Assembly (NCBI RefSeq): GCF_006345805.1
Contig: NC_043002.1
Location: 9,238,001-9,302,000, forward strand
DNA from: Octopus sinensis
Taxonomy: Eukaryota
Direction: 5' to 3'
DNA length: 64,000 nucleotides
The first letter of the stretch is position 1; each line of letters begins with the position of its first letter. The position numbers were made by a program, and so were the translations under genes. Below, one piece after another: positions 11,770 to 24,822 of the stretch. The notes under the pieces are model-generated. The model searched no databases, was not told where the DNA came from, and saw nothing but the letters and a program-made list of their open reading frames with translations.

Positions 11770-12730
11770 TAGCAATTTCACACATAGTCCTCCAGGTAAT
11801 AACAGGAATTCAAGACAGGCTGCCCCTGGGAGCTCCTCTATGTTGATGACCTTGTTCTTATAGCCAAATCACTACCAAAACTAGAGAAAATTTCAGGTGT
11901 GGAAGCAAGGTCTAGGATCAAAGGGCCTTAGAGTTAACCTAGCAAAAACCAAAATTCTTAGTAAGTAGGAAAGCAGACAAATCACAAATGCTTTCGAGTA
12001 GATGATCCTGCTTGATCTGTGAGAAAGGCAGAGGTAGAAATTCTGTGATGTAACCAGTGTAAGCTATGGACACATGAGAGGTGCATTAATATCAGATGAA
12101 GGTTAACTAGGAAAATAGTTTTTGTGTGTGGAAGGTGCACAAGTACAATAAACATTAAAAATGTACATCAAATGCCAGCAAGGTAAGCTTGAAGTAATGG
12201 ATAGCTTCCATTGTCTAGGTGATCAAGTAGTGGAGGTGGATGCTGTGAGAATAAGATTAGGCTGAGCAAAATTCAGCGGGCTCCTACTTCTGTTGGCAAC
12301 AAAGGGCCTCTCCCTCAGAGTTAAAGGCAGACTATGATGCCTGTGACCGCCAAGGACATGCATAGACTTGTAAGAAATGAAGCTAGGATGCTTCACTGGA
12401 TGTGCAACGCCAGTGTGCATGTACAACAGAGTGTAAGTGTCTTGAGAGAAAAGTTGGGCATAAGAAGTATTGGATGTGTGCAAGAAAGACGACTGTGCTA
12501 GAATGGTCATATGGTGCATATGGACAAGGACAGCTGTGTAAAAAAAGTGACAATCTCTAACTGTAGAAGAGGTAGACCAGGAAGACATGGCACAAGGTGG
12601 TGAAGCATGATCTTCATGGAGGCAATGACTTGTGATCAAGACCTTTGGCAATATGTTGCGCTTGAGAAGATCTGTAAAGCGAAGTGAAATCATAGTCGTG
12701 GCCAATGCCAGTGTCATGTTGGTGGCACAT
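11770..12730 (+). mobile_element. Decayed RTE RT/C-terminal fragment
   Basis: LPW.LLYVDDLVL, FHCLGD and K.LSLRVKGRL motifs, followed by the family UTR start. Confidence 0.8.
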
Positions 12731-12989
12731 AAAACTTTTAATATTTTGTAATTTACGTGTAAAAGAAGGAACATCAGAAAGAGATCTCTTGAGTTGGGTT
12801 ACGTAATTGTTAATATCTCCATTAAAAGAATTGGTTTCTTCAAACATTTGACCATGTAGAGATAATGTTGTTCCACACAGAAGTTCAGCAGGAGAATATT
12901 GCAAACTTTCTTTAACAGCACTCCTGATTCCTAACAATGTCATTGGTAAGGCTTCTAACCAACTGTTAGAATCAGAGTAAGTTCTTAAA

Positions 12990-13360
12990 TCTCTCTCTAT
13001 ATAAACGGCAAAATGTCTGTGTGTATGTGTGTCCTTTATACAAATCCACAATTTTTCAGTTAGAGGGCTCGCACTTTCTATGGTCATTCAAAACCATCCA
13101 ATGGTGGTCGTGCACATCTTTACATTTCCCCAGTCACCCCACAAAGCCATTAAAAAAAATCAATAGAAGTGACTTTTTTGTGAATTTTCTATCACAAACC
13201 CAATCAAAATGCCCGAAACTTGATACACCAATTGAATGCCAGCTAGCTGTATGTGATTGGTTGGAGATTTGGACAGTACTCGTGTGTATGTGTGCACGCA
13301 CGCAGCTATATATGCATGCACTAGCAGTATGACCTGGCGTTGCTGGGTCCATAGTGCTAT
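12990..13360 (+). mobile_element. Non-autonomous Helitron-like element inside the Gypsy integrase
   Basis: Starts TC(TC)nTATATAAA and ends in a GACC..GGTC hairpin plus CTAT. Inserted between A and T with no TSD. Removing it restores ...EQFKSYLRTY. Confidence 0.75.
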
Positions 13361-15099
13361 TAAGATTTAAACTGCTCATGAAACCTTTCTACCATGCTGT
13401 TAGATTGGGGATGATAGGAAGTAGAACGAATTCTATGAATTCCCAACAATTTGTTAAATTCTGCAAAAAGTGTAGACTCAAATTGTTTTCCATGATCTGT
13501 CATCAATGAATTGGTTATGCCGAATCTGGACATCCAATTAGTAAATAAGGTTCTTGCTATAGTTACCGCAGAAATGTCTTTGATTGGATAAGCTTCTGGC
13601 CACCACAAAAAACAATCCATACATGTTAACAAATAACTATTACCTTCCACAGGAGGCAATGGTCCAACTATGTCAATATGTGTTGGAATCTGGCACCAGG
13701 ATTTGCAGAAGTGCTTAATGGTGCTTCAATGTGACGATTCACTTTTGCTCTTTGGCACTGCATACATGATTGAACCCAAGAATGAATATCCTTATTCATA
13801 CCAGGCCAAACAAATTGACTCGATATTAATTTTAATGAAGCTCCAATACCAGGATGAGATAAATTATGCAAAGTAGAAAAAAAAACAACTTTTCTATAAT
13901 TTTCAGGCACAAATGGTCTCGAAAATCCTGTAGAAATATCACACCAAATATGTGATTTACAAGAATCGGCAATGATTTAAATTTCGAAGAAGTAGAACTG
14001 GAATCTTTATATAAAGAAAATTCTTTATCGGTAGTTTGATCTTTGGATATTTCTTCTAAATTGGTAATGCTTAATGAATGTAATGCATCAACATTCATTC
14101 AAGAAAGTGCATCAGCTGCAGAATTTTCAACACCCTTGATATACCGTATACCCACAGTATACTGTGAAATATAATCAAGTGTCTAATTTCCCTGGGAGAA
14201 TATTTTTCAGAAAAATTTTTTAGTGCATGTGTCAATGGTTTATGGTCAGTAAATAATGTAAATGACCAACCTTCAAGAAGATGTCTTAAGTACTTAATTG
14301 ACAAGTAAACTACCAGCAATTCTCTGCCGAAAACACTGTATTTCGTTTCTGATGCCTTGAGTTTTTTTGAAAAGAAAGATAATGGTTGCCAAGAACCACA
14401 ATGAAACTGTTGTAAAACTCCACTGATTCCAACATCGGAAGCATCGACTACCAACAATAATTTTGCTTCAGGAATCGGATGGTTTCTTCAAACAGTTTTT
14501 CTTTTATGCTTTGAAAAGCCTCTAATTCTTCATCTTTTAAAGTTATAGCTTCATTTTTCTTTTTCCTATTCTGTAATAATTCAGTGAAAGGAAATGGATT
14601 TTCTGTGTAATGTGGAATGAAACATCTGTAAAAATTGATTCCTAAAAATTCTTGAAGCTTTTGTAAAGAATTTGGTACTGGAAATTTGTTAAAAGCTTCT
14701 ACTTCGTCTGGCAGTGGGCGAATTCCATCTTTATCGATGAGATGACCTAAAAAGGATATAGTCCGTTCACCGAAAACACACTTTGATGGATTTATCACTA
14801 TACCATATTTAGTCAGTCTTTCGAAAATTTGTTTTAAGTGATTTTCTGACGGACTAGAATTGAGAATATCGTCTATATAAGCAAATAGAAAAGGTAAATC
14901 TCTGGTTACTTTGGCAATGAATCTGGAAAGTATTTGCTGCGTTCTTCGATCCGAAAGCATACGAAGAAATTCATACAACCCAAATGGAGTTGTAATTACT
15001 GTTTTTGGTATATCATTCTCTTCAAGTGGAATTTGATTGTATGCTCTAACTAAATCTATATTTGAAATGATATTACAACCACTCAACGAAGCTGCAAAA

Positions 15100-15345
15100 T
15101 CATGGATGGTTCTCTTATGTGCCACCAGCACTGGTAACTCAGCTGCAATTTCCATTGATCGATTTCGATTCTGATTCTCACTTGCCTCAACAGGTCTTCA
15201 CAAGTAGAGTTTTGTGTCCCAAGAAGGGAAGGTATGCATAAGTGGGCTGGCTACATCCCATGTAGAAGGCCACGGGTTATGGTCTCGCTTGTCCTGCCGG
15301 GTGTTCTCACACACAGCATATGAGAACACTTATCTCTTCCAAGTT
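15100..15345 (-). mobile_element. RTE 3' fragment at the Gypsy gag/RT junction
   Basis: Matches the family UTR (GGAAATTGCAGCTGAGTTACCAGTGCTGGTGGCAC). Confidence 0.75.
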
Positions 15346-15976
15346 GAAGACTTTCAATTTTGTCTGTTAATAATTATAATTGCTCTTCATAAGTTTCTTT
15401 CATCTTCTGTAATTCTGAAGAAATGGATGGTAAGGCATTAAGAGACTCTCTAGATGATAATTCCAATATACCATCTGCCAAATCTGCTAATTGTTTGAGA
15501 AAGTTTTGCTCTTTCACTGCTGAAAGTAGAGTTTGAGTGCCATGAGGCAACTTGCCAAAGAAAACTTCTTTGAGATAAGACTCTTCTGTCTGTTGATTTC
15601 CAAGAAGTTCTTTCATTCTACGAAGAATTTGAGTGGGTTTTCTGTCACCTAGTTGTTCGTTATTGAACAACTTACTGAATTCTTTTTGCTTGGTTCTGGA
15701 AATCCTCTTTGGTATCTCTTCCTTTATGGAAGGATACGAAAATGGTTCAGTAGGATCTGTTAATAAGTCTCTAATTTCATTACTCAGAGGTGGTGGTAAG
15801 TTGCTGAACATAATGTTATATTTGTGTGCCTCTGTTGTTGTTCTGGTTGCTGCAAAACTTGCCTCTAATTGAGCAAACCAGATAATCGTGTCACCCGCTC
15901 AAGAGGGAGGCAAAACAGAAGCTTGCATATATCCTCTATCAAAATAAGACATTACAAACTCTTTAATATTTTCCGC

Positions 15977-16200
15977 TTCACTGGCACCTGTGCCAGTGAC
16001 ATGTGTAAAAAGATTCGAGCGAGGTCGTTGCCAGTACAGCCTGACTGGCCCCCGTGCCAGTGGCATGTAAAAAGCACCTGCTACACTCTCGGAGTGGTTG
16101 GCATTAGGAAGGGCATCCAGCTGTAGAAACTCTGCCAGATCAAGATTGGGGCCTGTTGCAGCCATCTGGTTCGCCAGCTCTCAGTCAAAATCGTCCAACA
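15977..16200 (+). mobile_element. RTE 3'-UTR copy
   Basis: Family motif block. Further short + copies at ~16790-16937, 17225-17490 and 18700-18966. Confidence 0.85.
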
Positions 16201-17614
16201 CTTGAACTTAAAATTTTGAAGAATATAAATACTGTTAGGCACTTTGTCCGATGCTCTACCTGTAATGATAGTTTAGGTTGAAAATCAAATGCTTTGAACC
16301 TGGTGTTTTTGAGGAGCTGTCATTTTATTATTTTAGAGCTTTGAAAAATAGGCCAAGAATCTTAGTCTACAATGCATTATGCCTCTGTAAAACGCAAAAC
16401 AACATACGGGAAATACATGATACAAGATGCATTTCAAATGAGTTTCAAATGGTTTTCTTATTTTCAATATTTTAAACCTTTCGCTGCCCCAGCAATGTTT
16501 CAATGAGGCATTTTACACTACCACTGGACCAACAGTTTTGCAGTGGACATTATCAAAAATTATATAAATGGAACTAACATTTTAACAGTAACAACTATAT
16601 CTATGAGTTAAATACATGTTTTTGGAAAGTGAGATATGAATTTCAGTGCTTTAAGAACATGCAGGGTTGAGCTGAAGGCCTTGAGTAGACAAATTCCATA
16701 AAAGAAAGAAAAGGTGTTACAACAACAGTAGAATTTCTGAGAATAGTCTTCACCTGCACATTCACCTTATTTTCACATACTCGCAGAGTGGTTGGCGTTA
16801 GGAAGGGCATCCAGCTGTAGAAACTCTGCCAGATTAAGATTGGAACCTGGTGCAGCCATCTGGTTCGCCAGCCCTCAGTCAAAATCGTTTAACCCATGCT
16901 AGCAAGGAAAGCGGACGTTAAACGATGATGATGATGAACATCTGGTGTATAACATTACACACCAGTCATTGAAAATATTTTCCATTCAATATGCATATAT
17001 TATCACACCTTTATTGTCTACAGTTTCAATGAAAGGACAAATTTGTTTTTGGTACTGTTTTCAATGCCCCATTGTGAAAGAGAAGGATTAGTGCCAATGC
17101 TGTATTGAGTAGGATGAATAACCATGCAAAAGTCTGGCCGGCTAAAGAAAAGGTTTGTTACCTGTAGAGTTGGTTCCTACTTAAACTTCTTCCAAATTCC
17201 TCATTCGATATTCTTCATTCTTCATGACTGGCTTCCATGCTGGTGGCACATAAAAAGCACCAACCCGATCGTGGCCGTTGCCAGCCTCTCCTGGCACTTG
17301 TGCTGGTGGCACGTAAAAAGCACCCGCTACACTCACGGAGTGGTTGGCGTTAGGAAGGGCATCCAGCTGTAGAAGCACTGCCAGATCAGACTGGAGCCTG
17401 GTGCAGCCTCCTGGCTTCCCAGACCCCTGTCGAACCATCCAACCCATGCTTGCATGGAAAACGGATGTTAAACGCTGATGATGATGATGATTTGTTGTAT
17501 ATGTTAATAATGAAAAATATGCTATGTATATAAATGGTATACTTAATTTCAAACTATGTGCTTTATATACAAGCAACAATTCTTGTAAAACAGTTCTTTC
17601 CTATATATTTTCAG

Positions 17615-17708
17615 TATTCAAATGTTCATGCCACAACCCCTGAAATATATCGACTTTCTGAAGATAAAGACTTACAAGATGAGTGTGTTAGATATGTAAG
17701 AACTCAAG
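17615..17708 (+). CDS. NPRL2: NPRL2 coding exon
   Basis: attttcag|TAT TCA AAT...CAA G|gtaagc. YSNVHATTPEIYRLSEDKDLQDECVRYVRTQ. 94 nt. Confidence 0.96.
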
Positions 17709-17734
17709 GTAAGCAACCATAAAACTATATTTAA

Positions 17735-17944
17735 CCCTTTTGTTACCAAACCGGCTCTGGTTCTGAGTACAAATGTCTTGTTTTCACAAGTTTTGAATTA
17801 AAATCTTCCACCAAACCTTAGTCACAATTTATGTTCCTAAATCTAGCTTAATGATAACTAAGTTATTTTACTAAATTCTTTGTTATATTTAAAGTGATTG
17901 AAAGAAACACAGAGCGTCTGAAAATAAATACAGTTACGAAAGGG
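17735..17944. mobile_element. piggyBac-type MITE
   Basis: TTAA|CCCTTTTGTTAC...GTTACGAAAGGG|TTAA. Confidence 0.8.
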
Positions 17945-18365
17945 TTAAAAAAAAAAAGAGAGAAATTTAACCTGAAGAATTAGTGTTTCAAAACTTATAT
18001 TTTGCAATTCTTCAATGATTTTATTAGTGTCAGTTATATATGTTATTTCTCACTCTTTGTTGTTATTGAGGGCTTTGTGTAATTGGTCAGAGCTTTGTTA
18101 GCTCACAATGCTGAAATCTTCTTAGGTGCAATAGATAGCACCATATCTGTGAGGAAGTCTCTCTCACCTGTTTGATGTCTTAGAAGCTGAAATACAAACT
18201 CAAAAACACTGAAACATCTTATAAAAGTATAAAATAAAGAAAAAATACTTTAAAATTACTATATTAAAAAAATATTTTAAAATTACTATATTAAAAAAAA
18301 TGTTTTTGAAATTACACTATATTATAAATTTTTATTAAGTTGTGGGTATTTTTCTCTATATCCAG

Positions 18366-18483
18366 GGCATTCTTTACCAGAATTCAAAGACATTTTCCAT
18401 TTACTTTGTGAAATGAATCCCGGCACAACTGTACGTGATATCTGCTGCCAATTTAATCCCAGGGCTTTGAGGATTGATGAACG
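18366..18483 (+). CDS. NPRL2: NPRL2 coding exon
   Basis: tatccag|GG CAT TCT...GAA CG|gtaaat. HSLPEFKDIFHLLCEMNPGTTVRDICCQFNPRALRIDER. 118 nt. Confidence 0.96.
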
Positions 18484-19079
18484 GTAAATCTTTTACACTA
18501 ATTAATAAATTTATCATTCAACTGCATGCAATATATTAAATTTAAAAGTACAGGTACACATTCCTTTAATCCAGGTGAGGGCAACTTGAAATTTCTGTGG
18601 CTGCCAGTCATCACTGCATGACCTCAAGTTGTCTTTGTGTGTTCCATCTGCTTACATGCGTTATTTACATAGCACTTGGCCCTCATAGCAGAATTTATGT
18701 GTCAGTGGCACATAAAAAGCACCAACCGATCGTGGCTGTTGTCAGCTTCTTCTAGCCCCTATGCCGGTGGCATGTAAAAAGCACCCACTACGCTCGCAGA
18801 GTGGTTGGTGTTAGGAAGGGGATCCAGCTGTAGAAACACTGCCGAAACACTGCCAGATCAGATTGGAGCCTAGTGCAGCCTCCTGGCTTCCCAGACCCCA
18901 GTCAAACCATTCAACTCATGCTAGCTTGGAAAGCGGACGTTAAACGATCATGATGATGATGATGACAACTCTCTCTATAACTTTCATGATCAATTCCAGC
19001 AATTTGATACCTCTCTAATTACTTCTGCCCAAGGCATCCCCTTTACTCTTGTAACAACTGGCTATAATATTACTGCACC

Positions 19080-19570
19080 AGTATTTGGTATTGCACCTTC
19101 TTGTATAACTTTATTAATTATGTGGATGACGATGAGGCCATATGCTATTCTGCCAGTAATTCCTGAAGGACCAGGGGTCATCTGTATCTCCATATCCTTA
19201 AGGGCCTTATCTATCATACTGCTGTCAATGTGGCATCAACATTGGAGAGACTCTCTTTTTCCTCTGCATTTTCCACAGATGCCTCATTCTTTTCAGAGTC
19301 AGTAAGTGCAAGCATGCCTTTATCCAGGAATTACAACCGTGTTTCGTGGTCTGCTACCACAACAGCTCCTTTATAGGATCCAGTTAGCTCAAGACATCAT
19401 CAGGAGGAACCACGTCCGGTTTCGGCCCCTACTCCTCCACCGTTTTGACGTGGCAGGGCCCCCGCTTTCAGAGGTGTCTTCAGCTCTGGTGTTGGGTGCA
19501 TGTCTTATTTCTTCTGTTCCCTGGCCTCTTCGGTGTAGCATCAACGAGTGTCAGCCGGTGACAAGGGCTT
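19080..19570 (-). mobile_element. Internally deleted RTE APE/RT-start remnant
   Basis: SMIDKALKDM...PGPSGIT RT-start motif and APE-like segment. Confidence 0.6.
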
Positions 19571-19799
19571 AACTGCTAGTTCCCTATAAAAACATGTCTG
19601 GACTATTTCTTGTTTGATAGACTGAGATTGGCAATAGGAAGATAAGCAACATCCATGGAAAACTCTGCTCCAGCTTGCTCTCATGTGACTCATGCAAGCA
19701 TGGAAAAGCAGTCACTAAAATGATGATGATGATGATGATGTTTTGTCTTGTGTCTGCTTGTTTTTTTATTTCATTTATTTCATCGCTTTCGTTTTTAAG

Positions 19800-19954
19800 G
19801 AAATTGATTCAGTTTGGGTTAATCAAAGGTTTAATCCGTCGAATCCATCGATATCCAGTAAAGATCCACAACATCAACATCCAGCCCCGAATGCAGACAT
19901 TGTACCACTATTTTAACGGACTTCACAGCTATGATGAAATATGTGGCCGAATGG
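19800..19954 (+). CDS. NPRL2: NPRL2 coding exon
   Basis: tttttaag|G AAA TTG...ATG G|gtaaga. KLIQFGLIKGLIRRIHRYPVK...FNGLHSYDEICGRM. 155 nt. Confidence 0.97.
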
Positions 19955-20484
19955 GTAAGAAAAATTGCTCTTGGCTTCTCTCTTTCTTTCTTTCTCTTAT
20001 ACACACACCAAAATAGTAGAACATCAAAAGTCTTATAAACATCTCTGGGTGCTCTGCATGAGCTTTGTAAACAAAAGACTGGTTTAGCATTTTTACTGTC
20101 GTCTTGAGTGCTGAGACTTCACTTGTTACAATTTCTAAATCTTTTTAATGATGTTTATTTTACATTTTTTCCCCAATTCCATCATTTTCAAAGCTCCCCC
20201 TAATACCCATTTTCCCTGTCATAATATATCTAATTTGTAATATTGTAAGTAATTAGTCTTCAGAGGTTTTAGAAATTTACTCTTCTTTTATTGATGATTA
20301 TTTGATTGCATAATTAATTTGACAATCTTGTAACACTTCCCTCACATGCTAAAGTATAATGAGATCCTAGATGAGGAATGTTGCCGCAGAACATCCAGTC
20401 CAATGCAAACTGAGAAATACTGCATTACAAAACATGACACAATGTTTATAAAGTGCTCATACCTAAACCAGAGAATATATTCAT

Positions 20485-20830
20485 GATCATCATCTAACGT
20501 CCGTTTTCCATGCTAGCATGGGTTGGATGGTTCGACTGGGGTCTGGGAAGCCATGGTGGCTGCACCAGGCTCCAATCTGATCTAGCAGTGTTTCTACAGC
20601 TGGATGCCCTTCCTAATGCCAACCACTCCATGAGTGTAGTGGGTGTTTTTTATGTGCCACCGGCACAGGTGCCAGAGCAGGCTGGCAAATGGCCACGATC
20701 GGTTGGTGCTTTTATGTGTCACCGACACGGACGCCAATCAGGCAGCGCTGGCATCTGCAACATTCGGACGGTGCTTTTTACGTGTCACCAGCACAGGTGT
20801 CTTAACTGCAATTTCCATTTGAATTTTTAT
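20485..20830 (-). mobile_element. RTE 3'-UTR copy
   Basis: Reverse family tail. Other copies: 22180-22597 (+), 27545-27755 (+), 28865-29060 (+), 33320-33805 (+), 35757-35999 (+), 44615-45135 (+), 50129-50520 (-), 62065-62518 (+), 63700-64000 (-). Confidence 0.85.
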
Positions 20831-21449
20831 TTTGATGTTGCTGAGGCAAGAGTAAGGGAGATTCAAGATTTCAGTTGGTCATTTCTTCATTATGTAATTT
20901 CTCTTTTTCATCCCAAAACAACCTTCGCAGCAAGACAAAGTATGTTTACAAATACAACTCGTATTACATCGTATGTTGTGTAGTGCAGTGTACAACTATT
21001 AGATAACAATAGCTATAACTTTAAAACAAGCAGTACAAAAAGAATTCCAAAATTATGACATACTGGGTAGCAATGTTGCCCTCATTTAACCATTCTAAAA
21101 ACATAGTTACATAGCTATGGAGAAGGTAGCTGCTTTGTAATCCCTTTTAAATTGTTGAAAATTAAGATTTTGGATTGAAAGATCGTTATTAAATAAACTA
21201 TAATATCAGATTTCATGAGGTAAACATTTGTCTTTTTCAATTTAGTTATTTCATTTAACTTCTCATAATTCTTGATTATTTTGAAAATTAAACAAATGAA
21301 TATTCATGCGACTGCTGTGCATGATGAGTTTAACGAGGAATGGACTGTGGCACACCAACCATTATATGTGGCCTGAATTAGATCTAGGCTGAGATTCAAC
21401 AATAAGGTTGGCCAAAATTGTTGTTGGTAGTGATGCTGCTGGTGCTGAT

Positions 21450-21830
21450 TGTTTGTTTGTTGAGCGAAGCGGTCTTCGTCCCAGAGCTCGCAAGATGGGA
21501 GAAATCCGAAACATGGTCCTTTGCTATTTGTAAGACCCGCAGAAGAGAAAGCAGGTCAACCCCCAACACCGAGAGCATCGACGGATGGATGAATGCGCAT
21601 CCAGGCTCAGCGGTTGCATAGGAAGTCAGGGACAAAAAACAGGAAGAAAGAGTGAGAGAAAGTTGGAGTGAAAGAGTACAACAGAGGTCGTCACCACCCC
21701 CTGCCAGAGCCTCGTGGAGCTTTAGGTGTTTTCGTTCAATAAACACACACAACGCTCGGTCTGGGAATTGAAACTGCGATCCTCCAACCGCGAATCCACT
21801 GCCCTAACCATTGGGCCATTGCACCTCCAC
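21450..21830 (-). mobile_element. tRNA-derived SINE, family B
   Basis: Head GTGGAGGTGCAATGGCCCAATGGTTAGGGCAG...GGTTCGATTCCC-like. Related copy at 37400-37764 (-). Confidence 0.8.
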
Positions 21831-23082
21831 TGCTGGTGCTGATGGTATTTAACCCTGATCAGCTTGGGTTAAGTAGATCTCTGATCAAAGACATTCAAGT
21901 CCCATCTTTTTTCAAGCATAGTGTACTCTAGACTACATCATCCAACGTGTCCTTTTTTTAAACTGTAGGGTGTGGTTTTAGGGGAAGCTGGTTGCTATCT
22001 CTAGCAGTTCATATAACCATGTTGAGTATTATTGTGTTTCTTTCTCTCTGTTTTTTCTTTTGTTAGTTTAAATGTAAATGGTGAGCTTAGCATGTGGCAT
22101 AATACAGGAGCTAAACAGCCTTCCATTGCCTTCTTTAGAAACATAGAAACAGTTGAATTCTGCAAGCTAACAGAAAGAAAATCAATGACTGGCATCCGTG
22201 CTAGCGGGGTGCAAAGAGCACCATACAAGTGTGATCGTTGACAGAGCGGCTATTCAAGTATGATTGTTACTAGTGTCGCCTTACTGGCACTTATACCTGT
22301 GCTAATAGGAAGCTAAGAGCACCATCCAAGGGTGATCATTGCCGGTGACATGTGTAAAAAGATTCAAGCAAGGTCATTGCTAGTACTGCCTGACTGGCCC
22401 CCGTGCCGGTGGCACGTAAAAAGCACCCACTACACTCTAGGAGTGGTTGGCGTTAGGAAGAGCATCCAGCTGTAGAAACTCTGCCAGATCAATATTGGAG
22501 CCTGGTGCATCTGTCTGGTTTGCCAGCCCACAGTCAAAATCGTCCAACCCATGCCAGCATGGAAAGCGGACATTAAACGATGATGATGATGATGATGACC
22601 TCACTTACACCAGCAGTGAGGTAAATTACCCATTCATATTTAGGTGGATTAAAGCAAGCACTTAAATTAAGTGTTTAACAATAGACACAACAGAATATCA
22701 GTAATAGGATATGAGCCATCAACCATTTGGCAACTAGTTTAACACTATTGAATCAAACCAGTACAATTACACAATGGATTAATGTTGTAGATGAGGTCAA
22801 CACTGGTAGTAGAGGTGATGACAAGCAACAACTGTTGTTGATGACAGCAATAAATTATTATTAACATGCTTGACTGATCATCACTTAGAGTTACCTTCTT
22901 GTGCATTCTCAATTGAAATTTTACCAGGGTTGGCTTGGACTTTGATTTCACTCTTTTTAATTTCATAAAATAAGTTCCACCCTTTCCCTACAAATGTGAG
23001 GCCTTGTATCAAAACAAGAAATCATTAATAATATTTGACTAAACCACGTTTATCCAGGATCTTTTCTTTTCTTTCTTCACAG

Positions 23083-23150
23083 GTATGAGTTACAATGAAC
23101 TTGATGAACTTGTTGAAAGTGATTCCAGTGTTGTAGTATATTTCAAATGA
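23083..23150 (+). CDS. NPRL2: NPRL2 terminal coding exon
   Basis: cttcacag|GT ATG AGT TAC...TTC AAA TGA. MSYNELDELVESDSSVVVYFK*, matching the NPRL2 C-terminus MSYHELDERLE...K. Candidate AATAAA at 24042-24047. Confidence 0.96.
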
Positions 23151-24603
23151 ACCCATTCGAATGACCTGCCAGACGTTCGGAGCTCTACACTGATACTGCT
23201 TATTCTCTCAGTCTATATTTCTTTCGCTCTTTTTTACTAAAATGTTTATGTTACTAAGTGTTATACTTTACCTGGAAAAAGGTGCAACATATTACTTTGC
23301 CATCTCATTCCCATTTCTTCCCTACCACAACTTCATGGTGGTGTGTCTTTATTTAAGTTGAATTTTTTTTTTTACTTGTAACCATTATTTAATCTTACTA
23401 GGGCGGTGAATGGCAGAATTGGTAGAGCTATAAGCAAAATGTTTCGTGGTATTTAGTTACATTAAAAGGCAGTGAGCTGGCAGAATTGTTAGCAAGCCGG
23501 GCAAAATGCCGAGCGGTATTTCGTCTGCCGTTACGTTCTGAGTTCAATTTCCGCTGAGGTCGACTTTGCCTTTCATCCTTTCAGGGTCGATAAATTAAGT
23601 ACCAGTTACACACTGGAGTCGATATAATCGACTTAATCTGTTTGTCTGTCCTTGTTTGTCCCCTCTGTGTTTAGCCCCTTGTGGGCAGTAAAGAAATAGG
23701 TATTTAGTTTATGTTCTGAGTTCAAATCTCCCCCTTACTAGGACAGTGAACAGAAGAATCAGGAATGGTAGAATGCCAAACAAAATACTTCACAGTATTT
23801 AGTTACTTCTCTTTATGTTTTGAGTTCACATCCTACCCAAGTTGACTTTACTTTTTTATTCTTCCAGGGTCAATAACTTAAGTGCCGTTCAAGCACTATG
23901 GTCAGTATAATTGGCCTACTTTCTCCTAAAATTGCTGGCCATGCTGGCCACTGTTAGAAATTCTTATTTAAATTCACTACAAGAAGTTGTCTTTCCAATG
24001 GTCTTTCTGAAGTATTATTTAAATGAAAATTATATTGCAACAATAAATTATTTTTTCCCTCCTTTGCTATAAGTAACATTACATAAAAATCAAAGAAAAC
24101 AAATATGATATTGTATGTTTGTAGGATTCTTTTATGTGTATATATAATATGTATATATAATATAAAAAGGAAATGTCTAGTATATTTGTTGTTTGGTTTT
24201 ATGTTTATTTATTTTTTATTTTTTTATTTTTTTTTTTGTCTTTGAAAGGGAATATAAGCTTGCAGAAACAGTGAAAATGCTATAAGTGCCTGCAAAATAT
24301 TTTTAGCTAACTGAAACTTATTATTTGGAAAAGGAACCTCTAAGTTCCTAAACTTCTTTCAATGGGAATATGTTTCATTTATTTTTATAAAATAAGTACC
24401 AATGAAGTATTGAGAAAAAACATATTTTTGACAATATCCTTCTCTGAAAAGTCATGACCTTATGCTTATATTACTAATTATTCTTAGTATTATTACTATG
24501 AGTGGTTATCTAGTAGAATCGGCAAATTCGTCAAAAATGACTTACGATATTGAGTTAGGTCCCTTAACCTTCTAAGTCAGCTTTCTCTGTCATTCCTCCA
24601 GAG

Positions 24604-24822
24604 CAGTGGTTTTCAACCAGGGTTCCGCAGAACCTTAGGGTTCTGCCAGTACAGTCCAGGGGTTCCGCAAGAAGTTACAAAAATGCTAAAATCGGCAGTA
24701 ATTTTTAATTCTCCTGTGCATATATGTGTGCATAAGACTATTAAATTATTACACAGGGGTTCCTCGAGCCAGTGAAATGTTTTCTTGGGGTTCCGCTCCA
24801 GCAAAAAGGTTGAAAAGCACTG
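24604..24822. mobile_element. hAT (Charlie-like) MITE
   Basis: CAGTGGTTTTCAACC/GGTTGAAAAGCACTG TIRs with a perfect 8-bp TSD CTCCAGAG. Confidence 0.92.

Larger units (their letters stand above)
12775..15975 (-). mobile_element. Decayed Ty3/Gypsy internal region (gag-RT-RNaseH-integrase), no LTRs visible
   Basis: gag LPP...WFAQLEA...[25 protein letters not shown]...TTPFGLYEF...FAYIDDIL, RNaseH DASDVG, HHCC LHNLSHPG...C..CQ..K, IN TDHGKQFES...YHPQSN.MVERFH, W...LP..LLGIR. Confidence 0.95.

Noticed and set aside
23151-23240. Stop-codon readthrough adding a hydrophobic tail to NPRL2 (THSND...LILLILSVYISFALFY*)
   Set aside because: The stop is at the conserved C-terminus, the TGA-A context is not a leaky one, and T-rich UTRs often translate as hydrophobic stretches.
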